Source of the DNA: a virus
Direction: 5' to 3' (one strand)
Virus genome (UHGV): UHGV-1372291
Length of the DNA stretch: 37,769 nucleotides
The position numbers and the translations under genes were made by a program. The notes under the pieces are model-generated. The model did not search any database, was not told the DNA's origin, and saw nothing but the letters and a program-made list of their open reading frames with translations. This document shows, in pieces, positions 1-9,069 of this stretch (positions are counted from its first letter, which is position 1; each line of letters begins with the position of its first letter).

Positions 1-211
1 CTTTAGGACCTTGAATACCCTGCTCTCCAGTATCTCCCTTAGGACCTTGAGGACCTTGTATTCCTTGCTCTCCTTTTGCACCAGGTAAACCTTGAATACC
101 TTGTTCCCCTTGTATTCCTTGTTCTCCTTTAGGACCTTGAGGTCCGATATCTCCTTGTTCTCCTTTAGGACCTTGAGGACCTACAACATTACCTATAATT
201 AATTTTGGCAT
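1..211 (-). CDS. collagen-like tail-fibre protein, N-terminal part (C-terminal part of the gene lies left of the window)
   Basis: Minus-strand ATG at 209-211 preceded by GGAGG (revcomp of 213-223). Translation reads [38 protein letters not shown]..., continuous Gly-X-Y triplets to the window edge. Not in the ORF track because it is truncated. Confidence 0.6.
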   Translation of the reverse strand, partial: MPKLIIGNVVGPQGPKGEQGDIGPQGPKGEQGIQGEQGIQGLPGAKGEQGIQGPQGPKGDTGEQGIQGPK

Positions 212-224
212 AATTAAAACCTCC

Positions 225-1604
225 TTATTCTAAAATTTCTAATACCAAATTCCCATCTTCATCTATTGAAAAATTTGGTTGAGTATCATTCTCGTTATAA
301 TATACAACTAAGTTTCCATCTTCTATTTGGAATATGTACTGACTATTTATAGGAGTGATTACAGCAGTTCCATTATCTCCTTTATCTCCCTTATCTCCTT
401 TAGGACCTTGTATTCCTTGAGGACCTTGAGGTCCGATATCTCCCTGCTCTCCCTTAGGTCCTTGCTCTCCTTGTATTCCTTGAATGCCTTGTTCGCCTTT
501 TAGTCCTTGAAGTCCTCTTTCTCCTTGAATACCTTGTTCCCCTTGTATTCCTTGAATACCTTGAGGACCTGTTATTCCTTGAGGACCTTGAGGTCCAACT
601 TCTCCTTGTATTCCTTGCTCTCCTTGAATACCTTGAGGACCATTTTCCCCTCTTTCTCCTTGGTCCCCTTTATCTCCTTTGAATCCTCTTTCTCCTCTTT
701 CTCCTTTCGGTCCTTCTGGTCCATCATTGCCTTGAATACCTTGAGGACCTCTTCGTGCTAATAATTCTCCTATAATTTCTCCGTCTTCACGATAGACTGT
801 ATAGACGTTTCCTTCTGGTAATTCTTTATTAAAACCAACACTTGCTATTGAGTACCCTCTTTCTCCTTTTAAATCTTGCATATGATAGTCTATATAATCT
901 TGGATTTCTTTTTCTGCTTCTTCTATTTTTTCTTGTGTATATTTATCTAATTTTAAATAACTATCTGTTTTAAGATAATTATCAATAATTTCTTTTAAAT
1001 CTTTTTCTAATTGAATAACTAGCTCTTTTACTCTATTATCCAAATCTTCAAGTAATATTTTTTTTGTATCTTCATAAATCTTATTGAGCAACTCTTGATA
1101 TTTCTCAAATAGTGTAGTTACAGGATAAGTAGTTATCCCATCATCTGACATATACCAGATACAACCTTTTGGTAAATCTGGTAAACCTAATTGTTTGGGT
1201 ATTCCACTATCTACAAATAATTGAGATTTTATAATTTCTTTTTCTGTTCCAAGTATTGCAGCTTTTATTTTAGTAAATATATTATTTAGATTTTCTGGTG
1301 TAATATCTCCTGTACTACTAAAAGTAAAATCTAAATCAAAATAAGGTTCAGACTTAACTATCTTAATATCTGTGTAGTCATTCCATATACCATTTGGGTA
1401 GTTAGTAAAATCAATATTTCCAGCATTGTATGTGTAATAATCTTTAGGTATAAGGAATATAAAAGCTGTGCTAGTTATAGGATTTTGTTTTTTTCCATAG
1501 ACTTCACAACTTGTCATTAAGTCTGAAAAGTTAGTAGCATATTGCTGTCTATTCTTTTCTAACTTAAAATACTCTTTTTTAAAATTTAACATTTGCTTAA
1601 ACAC
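225..1604 (-). CDS. tail-fibre protein with ~125-aa collagen-like (Gly-X-Y) region and a small C-terminal beta-lectin-like domain
   Basis: 459-aa ORF. Residues ~289-413 are unbroken GXY repeats ([19 protein letters not shown]...). The C-terminus '[10 protein letters not shown]...DEDGNLVL' resembles the bulb-lectin QxDxNxVxY motif. It sits at the distal end of the virion module. Confidence 0.6.
   Translation of the reverse strand: MFKQMLNFKKEYFKLEKNRQQYATNFSDLMTSCEVYGKKQNPITSTAFIFLIPKDYYTYNAGNIDFTNYPNGIWNDYTDIKIVKSEPYFDLDFTFSSTGDITPENLNNIFTKIKAAILGTEKEIIKSQLFVDSGIPKQLGLPDLPKGCIWYMSDDGITTYPVTTLFEKYQELLNKIYEDTKKILLEDLDNRVKELVIQLEKDLKEIIDNYLKTDSYLKLDKYTQEKIEEAEKEIQDYIDYHMQDLKGERGYSIASVGFNKELPEGNVYTVYREDGEIIGELLARRGPQGIQGNDGPEGPKGERGERGFKGDKGDQGERGENGPQGIQGEQGIQGEVGPQGPQGITGPQGIQGIQGEQGIQGERGLQGLKGEQGIQGIQGEQGPKGEQGDIGPQGPQGIQGPKGDKGDKGDNGTAVITPINSQYIFQIEDGNLVVYYNENDTQPNFSIDEDGNLVLEILE
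368..740 (-). repeat. collagen-like GXY triplet-repeat coding region (nucleotide-level repeats shared with 1-190)
   Basis: Runs of ggaccttga/ggtcc 9-mers recur. For example, 'ggaccttgaggtccgatatctcc' is at 138-160 and again at 421-443. Confidence 0.7.
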
Positions 1605-1612
1605 CTCTTTTC

Positions 1613-3124
1613 TTAATAATAAGTTGTTAGTGGTCCATCAAAACTATCTTTTAGATATATGCTAGCAAATATCATAGCAGTTCTAAATGAATCTGCGTCA
1701 TCAGAAGCTTTATCATTTGCGTCGTGGTCTGGTATATCTAAGTAACAGTTCATGGACTTGTTATATTTTTTGACATAGCCTCCTAATTGTATAACTCCTA
1801 TGTTACACTCGTTATTATCTATCTCTACATTGTCAAACTCCTTTCTTATATAGTTGATTTGATTTATTAATGTAGTCATATCATTTTTAGCTAGCTCTGT
1901 CTTAGACAGAGTTCTTACATCACTAAAATAATTTAATCTTATGTAGTCACTTCTTTTTGAAGTTGCACTCCATTCCTCGACATCTCCATCATGTGGTAGT
2001 ACCATAGTAGGCTGCATATAGTACCCATTATCTTTGCACCATTTCTTTATATATTGGCAGCAGTGGTCTGGTCCTTGCCCAGTAACTCTATAATGTTTTA
2101 TGAATCTAATTCTATTATTGTGAGGGTTTTTTTGAAAAAACCACAATACTGTATTGTCCCTTTTTCCTATATCCCAAGCAACATATAAAGGTTGTTGTGT
2201 CCAGAAATGCCCTGTGTATATTTGAGTATATCTTCTACTTACACTATCTAATAACTCTTCATACCTACCATAAAACTTTATCCTTTCATCTTCGTAAGCT
2301 TTTTTTAGTTGTTCTCCATACCAAGCACCAACTAGATGAGTATTGATTTTACATTCCCACTCTTGAGCGTATGAATCTGGGTCCATAGTAAGAGCTTGTT
2401 TTCTAAGTTCTTTATCATTTATTACTCTCTCCCCTTTATAGTTCAAGGAATCTTTTCCAGATTGAATATCTACATACCACATATCTTTAATTTCTTTATT
2501 TTCTGGTTTACTTAGGATAGTGAAGTAATCTATAAAAAGTTTAGTAAACCAATTATATTTACCCCTTGGTGTAGAGATAAATATTACAAAACCAAAGTCT
2601 GTGTTATTGATAACCATATCAACTGCAGGTTTCATATATTGATAGAACTTTTCTTTTATAAGTGCTGCCTCTGTATAAATAACTCCTCTAGCTCCTACCC
2701 CTACACTTGCGTCTGGGTTATCTCCTCCACGAAAGAAGATTTTTGCTCCGTTAAATAAAGTTACACTCCAATCTGATTTATTAACTTTAGGTCCTCTTGG
2801 ATTTGCTAGTATTTCATCTGGTATAAGATTTTCAAGTAAAGGTAAACCGTTTAATGTCTTCCCATCTACAACTATCTCCTTTACCTGTCTAAAATATGGT
2901 GCATAGATATAGTAGTTTCCTGGGTGTTGAATAGCTGCTAGTATCATAATGAGTAGTGAAATAAAGTCCTTTCCATATCTTCTATGAGCCATTAGTGCAA
3001 AATACTTTTTCTTATTTTCCAAGACATTGTCCAGAAGTTCTTTCTGTCCTTTGTGTAGATATTTAATAACTTTTTTATAACTGATGGTTACTCTTCTTTT
3101 TGCTGCTCTTCCTAAAAAATTCAA
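1613..3124 (-). CDS. terL: terminase large subunit (T4 gp17 / Terminase_6-like)
   Basis: 503 aa, TTG start with AAGGAGGTG RBS. P-loop-like 'MAHRRYGKD' (cf. T4 SRQLGKT), Walker-B-like 'VIYTEAA' (cf. T4 IYIDE), ATPase motif III '[12 protein letters not shown]', C-terminal acidic nuclease-type motifs '[10 protein letters not shown]' and '[14 protein letters not shown]'. Confidence 0.7.
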   Translation of the reverse strand: MNFLGRAAKRRVTISYKKVIKYLHKGQKELLDNVLENKKKYFALMAHRRYGKDFISLLIMILAAIQHPGNYYIYAPYFRQVKEIVVDGKTLNGLPLLENLIPDEILANPRGPKVNKSDWSVTLFNGAKIFFRGGDNPDASVGVGARGVIYTEAALIKEKFYQYMKPAVDMVINNTDFGFVIFISTPRGKYNWFTKLFIDYFTILSKPENKEIKDMWYVDIQSGKDSLNYKGERVINDKELRKQALTMDPDSYAQEWECKINTHLVGAWYGEQLKKAYEDERIKFYGRYEELLDSVSRRYTQIYTGHFWTQQPLYVAWDIGKRDNTVLWFFQKNPHNNRIRFIKHYRVTGQGPDHCCQYIKKWCKDNGYYMQPTMVLPHDGDVEEWSATSKRSDYIRLNYFSDVRTLSKTELAKNDMTTLINQINYIRKEFDNVEIDNNECNIGVIQLGGYVKKYNKSMNCYLDIPDHDANDKASDDADSFRTAMIFASIYLKDSFDGPLTTYY

Positions 3125-3148
3125 AACTCCACCTCCTTACCTGTTTGA

Positions 3149-3240
3149 TAAAATAAAAAAAGGACAACCCTTTTAGGTTGTCCTTTGATTTTTCTGTAAA
3201 TGGAAAAAGGCAACTCTAAAAGGTTGCCTGATTTTCTTAA
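3149..3240. terminator. two tandem bidirectional rho-independent terminator hairpins upstream of terL
   Basis: aGGACAACCcttttaGGTTGTCCTttgattttt and aaaaaGGCAACtctaaaagGTTGCCtgattttctt. Each is flanked by an A-run on one side and a T-run on the other. Confidence 0.6.
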
Positions 3241-3504
3241 AATTATTATATCATTAAATACTAAAAAAGTCCATAAAAAGAAAAGGCTGGTATAGTTGCA
3301 GCTATACCAGCGATGAACATACTAAGTCTTCCGTTCTTCTTAGTAATTAAATTATAACAAAAATAACTAGAAAGTTCAAGATATTTTTGTTATAATAAGT
3401 CTAGCCCACCAAGAAAGGGGGTGAACATCATTAAGTCTTTCGTTCTAAGACTAATAATACTGGTTATTCTGTTTTTCTTAGTAAACAGAGTTGCATTATA
3501 ATTA

Positions 3505-3535
3505 GTCAAAAAAGGGGAGTGTTGCAGCACTCCTC
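3505..3535 (-). terminator. rho-independent terminator after the giant gene
   Basis: GGAGTG-ttgcag-CACTCC stem-loop. It is followed on the minus strand by a T-run (plus strand 'gtcaaaaaagggg'). Confidence 0.55.
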
Positions 3536-3540
3536 CTTTT

Positions 3541-6500
3541 TTATTGTAATAATTCTATAACATTTTTAGCTATATTATAGTTAGTTGTATTTATTCCCAT
3601 TTTAATTAAGTTGGTAGCAGCTTTGTCTATATCTCCTTTAGATATATTTTGAATCAAATATGCAGGTCTAACTATTGCCATAGAACCAGTAGTTAAAGCA
3701 TAACTATTTATAATATTATCATCAAAGAAAGTCCATAATGCACTTCCAGGACTATCAACCATATCATTGAATTTATCTATTACAGTTCCTAATGGGTCCT
3801 CATAGAACTCTCCATCTTTTAATAGACTTCCAGCAACAACTACAACTCCTAATTGAATCATATAATTCATCATTCTTTTTTGCCATAATTTATTAGTCCA
3901 GTCCATTTTACCATTATTTACATTTGAATAAAATACATCAGTAGCAAGTCTTCTCCATTGTTCTTGTAGTGATGTCTTGAAAAATCCTGTCATTCTAGCA
4001 AAGTTTCTTCTTACATTATCATTTATCATATCTATTTCATTTCTAGCAGCTGCAGTAGCTTCAGTAGGGGAAATGTCAGATACCATTTTATCATAGAATT
4101 TTGTAACCTTATCTACTATGTCGTTTTTCATATAATTAAATTCATCATCAGTAATAATATCTCCTAGATAATTTTCTATGTCGGTCTTTTTTATACTATC
4201 AGAAAAGCTAATCTCATCATAAAGTTTACTATTTTTAAAGCTTTCTAAGTCTGGAATTTTTTTCATAAATTCAAATTCAAGGCTTCCAATATTTAAATCT
4301 TCTATCATTTTTTTGAAATAGTGTCCTTGAGAATTTAACAACTCATCTAAAGAACTGTATTTAGCAAACTTTTCTAAGTTCATTCCACCTAAAGAGTAAG
4401 CAGCAGCTTTAAGAGCTAATTGTGTATATTGATATAGATTTAATTTATTAAGTCCACTGTCTAAAGCTGAAAGTAGTTTATCTTGGTTGCTTCCATATTT
4501 AATCATTCTAGCTTTTCTATATCCTGTAAAATCATCTAATTCCCCAAGAATAGCATTTACATATTCTATTGGCATGGAGTTTTTAAGTTGTGCCATCAAT
4601 TCTGGTGTGTTATTAACATTCATCATTAAAGCTATAACATTATTCATAACTTGTTTGTAAGTTGTAAAAAATCCATCTCCACCATATCTTGAAATATTAG
4701 CTCTTACCATAGACATAGGTTCCATATACAACTCTCTAAAAGCTTTTGGTCCTGTAAGATTGATTTTACCATAAACAGAAGTATATTTTTTTACAAATCT
4801 GTCTAGTGAAGTTTCAATAGGTTTAGTAATATGTCCTAAATCTCTACCTAATTCAACATCAATATATCCTTCTAGTTCTCTCATGTAAGATTTAAAATCT
4901 CGGCTTAGGGTAGAAGTTTGCAATTCTCCTAATAATTTTTTAAAACCTTTATATCCACCTTGAGGGAAAGTTGATTTTATAGCTTCTGCATTAGAAATTT
5001 CATTTATTAATTTTTGTAAAGCTAATCTTCCATCAACTTTGTTATTGGCAACAAAATCCTTTACTTTAGATTTTTTGATATATCCTCTGTCTATCCAATT
5101 TTCAAATCTACCAAATCTATGAACTGCCGTTTCTTTTAAAGGGTTTTCCTCTGCTCCTTTGTAACTGTCCATATCTTCTGTGAAAGCTCTTCTAGCATTT
5201 TGTTTTTTACTCTCTATATTATTTCTGTCAAAATCTGTTCCAGGTAAATCTTCAAAAAAATCTTTATTATTTTTTAAGAATCTTTGAACTTCTGGATATT
5301 GTTCTAAATTATACTTAGAAATTATTTTAAATCTTTCATCACTTGGAATACAAGTTTTAATTTCTTTTAATCTTTGTATTATTTCATAAGGACTTGGATT
5401 TTCTTTTTTAATTTCAACTTCAAGTCTTTCTACGCTACTCATAAAAAAATCATAATTTCTTTCAGCAAATCTTTCTCTAGGGTCAACAAGTCTTTTAGGA
5501 ACATCTTTACCAGTAACAGGATCAGCAATCAACTCTCCATCTAAATATTTTTGTCCATCAAATTCTTTAGTTAATGTAGTTAAATATTTTTGAAGTTCAT
5601 CTTGAGATAATAACTTTTCAAGACTTAAATTACTATCATAGTTTAAATTGTTATATATATCTTGCACATTAATATCATAATCTTTTGTCAATTCTTTTAC
5701 AGTCTGATATAAAGTTTCTCTAATATCTTCTAGCTTAGGTTGAAGTTCTGCTAATTCATCTGGTAATTTTCTATTAAAACTGAATAAAAAATCTCTTAAA
5801 TCAAATTTATTCTCTTCAAATAAATCTAACATTTTTTCTAAATCAAGTTTTTGACCTTTATAATCTAAAGTAAATAAATTTAATAGTTTAGTTTTACTTT
5901 GCTCTTTAGTTTTTTGGAAAGGTAAAAGTATTTGAGTTTTTAAAAAGTCTTTAGCTCTTCTTGCTTTACCAGATAAATTTTCATTACTTCTATAAATTTT
6001 TCTAAGTCCATCTTTTATTTTAAAATATTTATTTGTTTCAGCTTTCAGCTTAGCTAATCTTTCAGAAACATCAATTTCATTTCCTGTTTCTTTAATTATT
6101 TTTTTAACTGCACTTACATCATCTTTATCTATAACTTTTGGAATATCTAGTTTTAACACTTCTACAAATTCTGGATTCAATTTATCTCCATCAACTAAAT
6201 TGTCCATAGCATTTTTAATAATGTAAGAAAGTTCAAAGTAATCATCAGAGTAATCAGCAAAATGTCCCCTATTAATTCCTTTTAAAACCTCTTCAATAGG
6301 CTTAGCACTATCCATAACCACTGGGTTAAATTCTTTACTTCTAAATTCTGGAGTATTATATAAATCTAAAATATGCTGTATTTCATGTCTTAATACTCCT
6401 ATCTGTGTATCTAAATCTTTTATTTTATCACTGATAGCAACTTGTAAAATCCTACTACCATCTTTATTTTTTTTGATGATAGTTTCTCCTAAGTGTTGAA

Positions 6501-9069
6501 TTTTTTTAGCTCCTACAAACTCAAAATCAATATTGTATTTAAATTTATAAAAATCTAGCATTTTCTGTATGCTATCAATATTATTTTTCTTTCTTACAGT
6601 TTTACCAAATTCTTTTTGAACTGCTAACATATCATTGGTTAGTTGTTCAGCACTTGTAAATCTTTTATTCAAATTCAATTTTTCTTTAAAGTATTGAATT
6701 ATCTCATTTTTTCTAGCAGCTTTAGATTTACTTTTAATCTTTGGTTCTGTTGTGTCAACTTTAAGTTTATATATATCTCCTACTATTCCATAAGAAGTTG
6801 GGTCTTGAGAGAAAAGTCCATGATATTTAGTGTTGCTAATAGTAAATTCTACACTCATTATCGCTTCTTTTTCTTGCCATCTACTCCTTGTGAATACAGG
6901 GTTTCCATCTGCGTCAACGCCAGTTTGGATAGGATATTTAGTTCTACTAACATATCCTTTAGCTTTTGTAACTTTTGCTTCTTTAGGAATAGCACCTTTT
7001 CCTTTTAAAACTTGTGTTATTTGGTCTTTGTTGTAATCTCTTGGGTTGTGTCTTATAACAGTTTTTTTATTTTCAAACTCATCAGCAGTAGTTTCATAAA
7101 TATGTAATTTTAAATCTTTTTTATCAATTTCATTTATTAAAACTGTTTTAGGCTTTTGTGGCTCCAATATTTCAGCAGGTGTTTTATTCCATAGTTCTAA
7201 GAAGTTGCTAAAAGCTTTTTTCTGCTCTTTACTTAATTTTTTTTCTTGCATAATCATTTCAGCAAGTTCTTTCATAAGTTGTGGTTCTTGAGTTATTAGT
7301 TGAGAAAATTCTTCTTTTGAATTTATTCCTAATTCTTTTATTGATATAAAAGTATCCATAACTATTTTACCATCAGTTTTAGGAACAGTTTCCATTATTT
7401 CTCTAGGTTTAAATGGTTCTATTCCCAATCTTTCTCTTGCTAGTTTTCTCATTTGAAGTTTATTTAATCTTTTAGTTTCTGGAATATCTATTTCTGGGAA
7501 AACTTCTTCTATTATATTTTTAGGTTGAACAGTAGGTAAAATTTGTATAGTTTCCTCATCTAAAGGGAATACATAACCTTGATAATCTCCTTTTTCATTT
7601 TTTCTAAAATCAGCAAAGAATCTTTTACCACTATCTATAAACTCTGATTTTATAACATAATTTTTAGTTTCTTTGTCTTTATATCCTCTAGCATATATAA
7701 CATCAGCTTCTTCTGGAATAATTCCAGTAATTCTAAGTTCTGATTCTAAAGCTCCTTTTTTAAAAATTTTATAATCATTTTTTATAGGTTGTCTTCTAGC
7801 TGCTAAATCTCCTAAGTCCATTCCGTTTATAGCACGTGTCTGGCTTACTCCGTATCTAGTAGTAATTACTTTTTGTATATTGCTTGGATAAAGAGTAGGT
7901 TCATATATAACTACTGGGTCATCAAAATTTTTTATTAATTGTCTTGCTACTCCATTCATATCAAGATATATATCAGTTATTTGATTTGAGTTAGTTACAT
8001 CATAGTAATATCTAAAGGCTTGTATGTCATCAGCTCCTAAAGATTTATTTCTTAATGCTCTGGATATAATAGTCCTCATTTGTTGTGGGTTGCTTTCTAG
8101 TAGTTCGTTGAAATCAAATACAGATTTTATGTTTGGGTATCTAGGGTCATCAATAACATTATTGATTATACTTGCTGTGTATTCTCTTATAATTGGTAAT
8201 TTAACAGAGTTTATCTCCAAGTTATCTGGAACTATATTATATAAGCTACCAGTCTTACCAAGGCTTTCATTGAATGGCATCATATTTTGAATTGTAGCTC
8301 TTGTTATATCTGGGTCTATCTGTCCAGTATATCCAAAGGAACTCCTTATATTCCTTATAACGTCTATTTCTGAATTTTTAATAGAATTTAATATTCTTCT
8401 GCTACCTACTCCAATTCCAGCAAAACCAACACTAGCAACACCACCAGTACCAGCCGCAAAGAAAAGTTCTTCAAGTGTAGGTAATCTATCTTCTGTGCTA
8501 TAAATATCATAAGATTCTTGAAGTGTATTCTCTACTGCTCCAGCTCCTGCTATAACTCCAATTCTTGCTAATTTAGAAACGGGGTTAATTACATTCAATA
8601 TTCCAGCACTCAACATATTTGTAGTTGCATTTACTGCGAATTGGTTAGCGTCTGTTAGAACTCTTATTCCCTCTGCTCCAAGTGTTGCTAAAGTTCTTTT
8701 AGTTAAATTTGGGTCAGAACCTAACATTCTTCTCATTCTGTCAAGACTAGCTTTAGAAACTTTTTTATAGTCTTCAACATACATTTCTAAGTCTTGTATA
8801 TCTTTTTCTAATTCTTTATCTTTATAAGTTCTAGCTAATTTTTTCTCCTCTGCTAACACAACCTCATTAGCAAATCTATTAAAGTTGTTCTTTATTTGTG
8901 TTCCTAACTCTTTAAAAACTTTTCCTTGGTCTATATCATATTTACTTTTACCTTTTGTTATTTCAAATCTATCAGCTATTTCTTTATTGTCTTGATAATA
9001 TTTATTTATGTCTACTATATTAGCCTCCCCATTTTTAGCTAAATACAGTGCCTTATTCATTTCAGTCAT
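3541..9069 (-). CDS. giant 1842-aa virion protein (podovirus internal/ejection-protein or tape-measure-like) with HExxH zinc-metallopeptidase motif
   Basis: Single uninterrupted ORF. 'RHEIQHILD' (HExxH) is encoded at ~6373-6387, about residue 895. Gly-rich hydrophobic N-terminal segments. Position after the virion proteins is analogous to T7 gp15/gp16. Start overlaps the upstream gene's stop. Confidence 0.5.
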   Translation of the reverse strand: MTEMNKALYLAKNGEANIVDINKYYQDNKEIADRFEITKGKSKYDIDQGKVFKELGTQIKNNFNRFANEVVLAEEKKLARTYKDKELEKDIQDLEMYVEDYKKVSKASLDRMRRMLGSDPNLTKRTLATLGAEGIRVLTDANQFAVNATTNMLSAGILNVINPVSKLARIGVIAGAGAVENTLQESYDIYSTEDRLPTLEELFFAAGTGGVASVGFAGIGVGSRRILNSIKNSEIDVIRNIRSSFGYTGQIDPDITRATIQNMMPFNESLGKTGSLYNIVPDNLEINSVKLPIIREYTASIINNVIDDPRYPNIKSVFDFNELLESNPQQMRTIISRALRNKSLGADDIQAFRYYYDVTNSNQITDIYLDMNGVARQLIKNFDDPVVIYEPTLYPSNIQKVITTRYGVSQTRAINGMDLGDLAARRQPIKNDYKIFKKGALESELRITGIIPEEADVIYARGYKDKETKNYVIKSEFIDSGKRFFADFRKNEKGDYQGYVFPLDEETIQILPTVQPKNIIEEVFPEIDIPETKRLNKLQMRKLARERLGIEPFKPREIMETVPKTDGKIVMDTFISIKELGINSKEEFSQLITQEPQLMKELAEMIMQEKKLSKEQKKAFSNFLELWNKTPAEILEPQKPKTVLINEIDKKDLKLHIYETTADEFENKKTVIRHNPRDYNKDQITQVLKGKGAIPKEAKVTKAKGYVSRTKYPIQTGVDADGNPVFTRSRWQEKEAIMSVEFTISNTKYHGLFSQDPTSYGIVGDIYKLKVDTTEPKIKSKSKAARKNEIIQYFKEKLNLNKRFTSAEQLTNDMLAVQKEFGKTVRKKNNIDSIQKMLDFYKFKYNIDFEFVGAKKIQHLGETIIKKNKDGSRILQVAISDKIKDLDTQIGVLRHEIQHILDLYNTPEFRSKEFNPVVMDSAKPIEEVLKGINRGHFADYSDDYFELSYIIKNAMDNLVDGDKLNPEFVEVLKLDIPKVIDKDDVSAVKKIIKETGNEIDVSERLAKLKAETNKYFKIKDGLRKIYRSNENLSGKARRAKDFLKTQILLPFQKTKEQSKTKLLNLFTLDYKGQKLDLEKMLDLFEENKFDLRDFLFSFNRKLPDELAELQPKLEDIRETLYQTVKELTKDYDINVQDIYNNLNYDSNLSLEKLLSQDELQKYLTTLTKEFDGQKYLDGELIADPVTGKDVPKRLVDPRERFAERNYDFFMSSVERLEVEIKKENPSPYEIIQRLKEIKTCIPSDERFKIISKYNLEQYPEVQRFLKNNKDFFEDLPGTDFDRNNIESKKQNARRAFTEDMDSYKGAEENPLKETAVHRFGRFENWIDRGYIKKSKVKDFVANNKVDGRLALQKLINEISNAEAIKSTFPQGGYKGFKKLLGELQTSTLSRDFKSYMRELEGYIDVELGRDLGHITKPIETSLDRFVKKYTSVYGKINLTGPKAFRELYMEPMSMVRANISRYGGDGFFTTYKQVMNNVIALMMNVNNTPELMAQLKNSMPIEYVNAILGELDDFTGYRKARMIKYGSNQDKLLSALDSGLNKLNLYQYTQLALKAAAYSLGGMNLEKFAKYSSLDELLNSQGHYFKKMIEDLNIGSLEFEFMKKIPDLESFKNSKLYDEISFSDSIKKTDIENYLGDIITDDEFNYMKNDIVDKVTKFYDKMVSDISPTEATAAARNEIDMINDNVRRNFARMTGFFKTSLQEQWRRLATDVFYSNVNNGKMDWTNKLWQKRMMNYMIQLGVVVVAGSLLKDGEFYEDPLGTVIDKFNDMVDSPGSALWTFFDDNIINSYALTTGSMAIVRPAYLIQNISKGDIDKAATNLIKMGINTTNYNIAKNVIELLQ

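Noticed and set aside
507-761. Plus-strand 84-aa ORF antisense to the collagen-like region
   Set aside because: It is a low-complexity translation of the reverse complement of the GXY repeats (Ser/Leu/Phe-rich), lies fully inside a well-supported minus-strand gene, and has no RBS.
6643-7036. Plus-strand ORFs (121 aa, 68 aa) inside the giant gene, with similar antisense ORFs at 8024, 9408, 12847, 13451, 14491, 15432, 17157, 17812, 19585, 19966, 20710, 21759, 22638, 23095, 23861, 24242, 25957, 29441 and 30207
   Set aside because: All lie antisense within longer, better-supported genes. They have Phe/Leu/Ser-rich AT-codon composition typical of spurious frames and no ribosome-binding sites.
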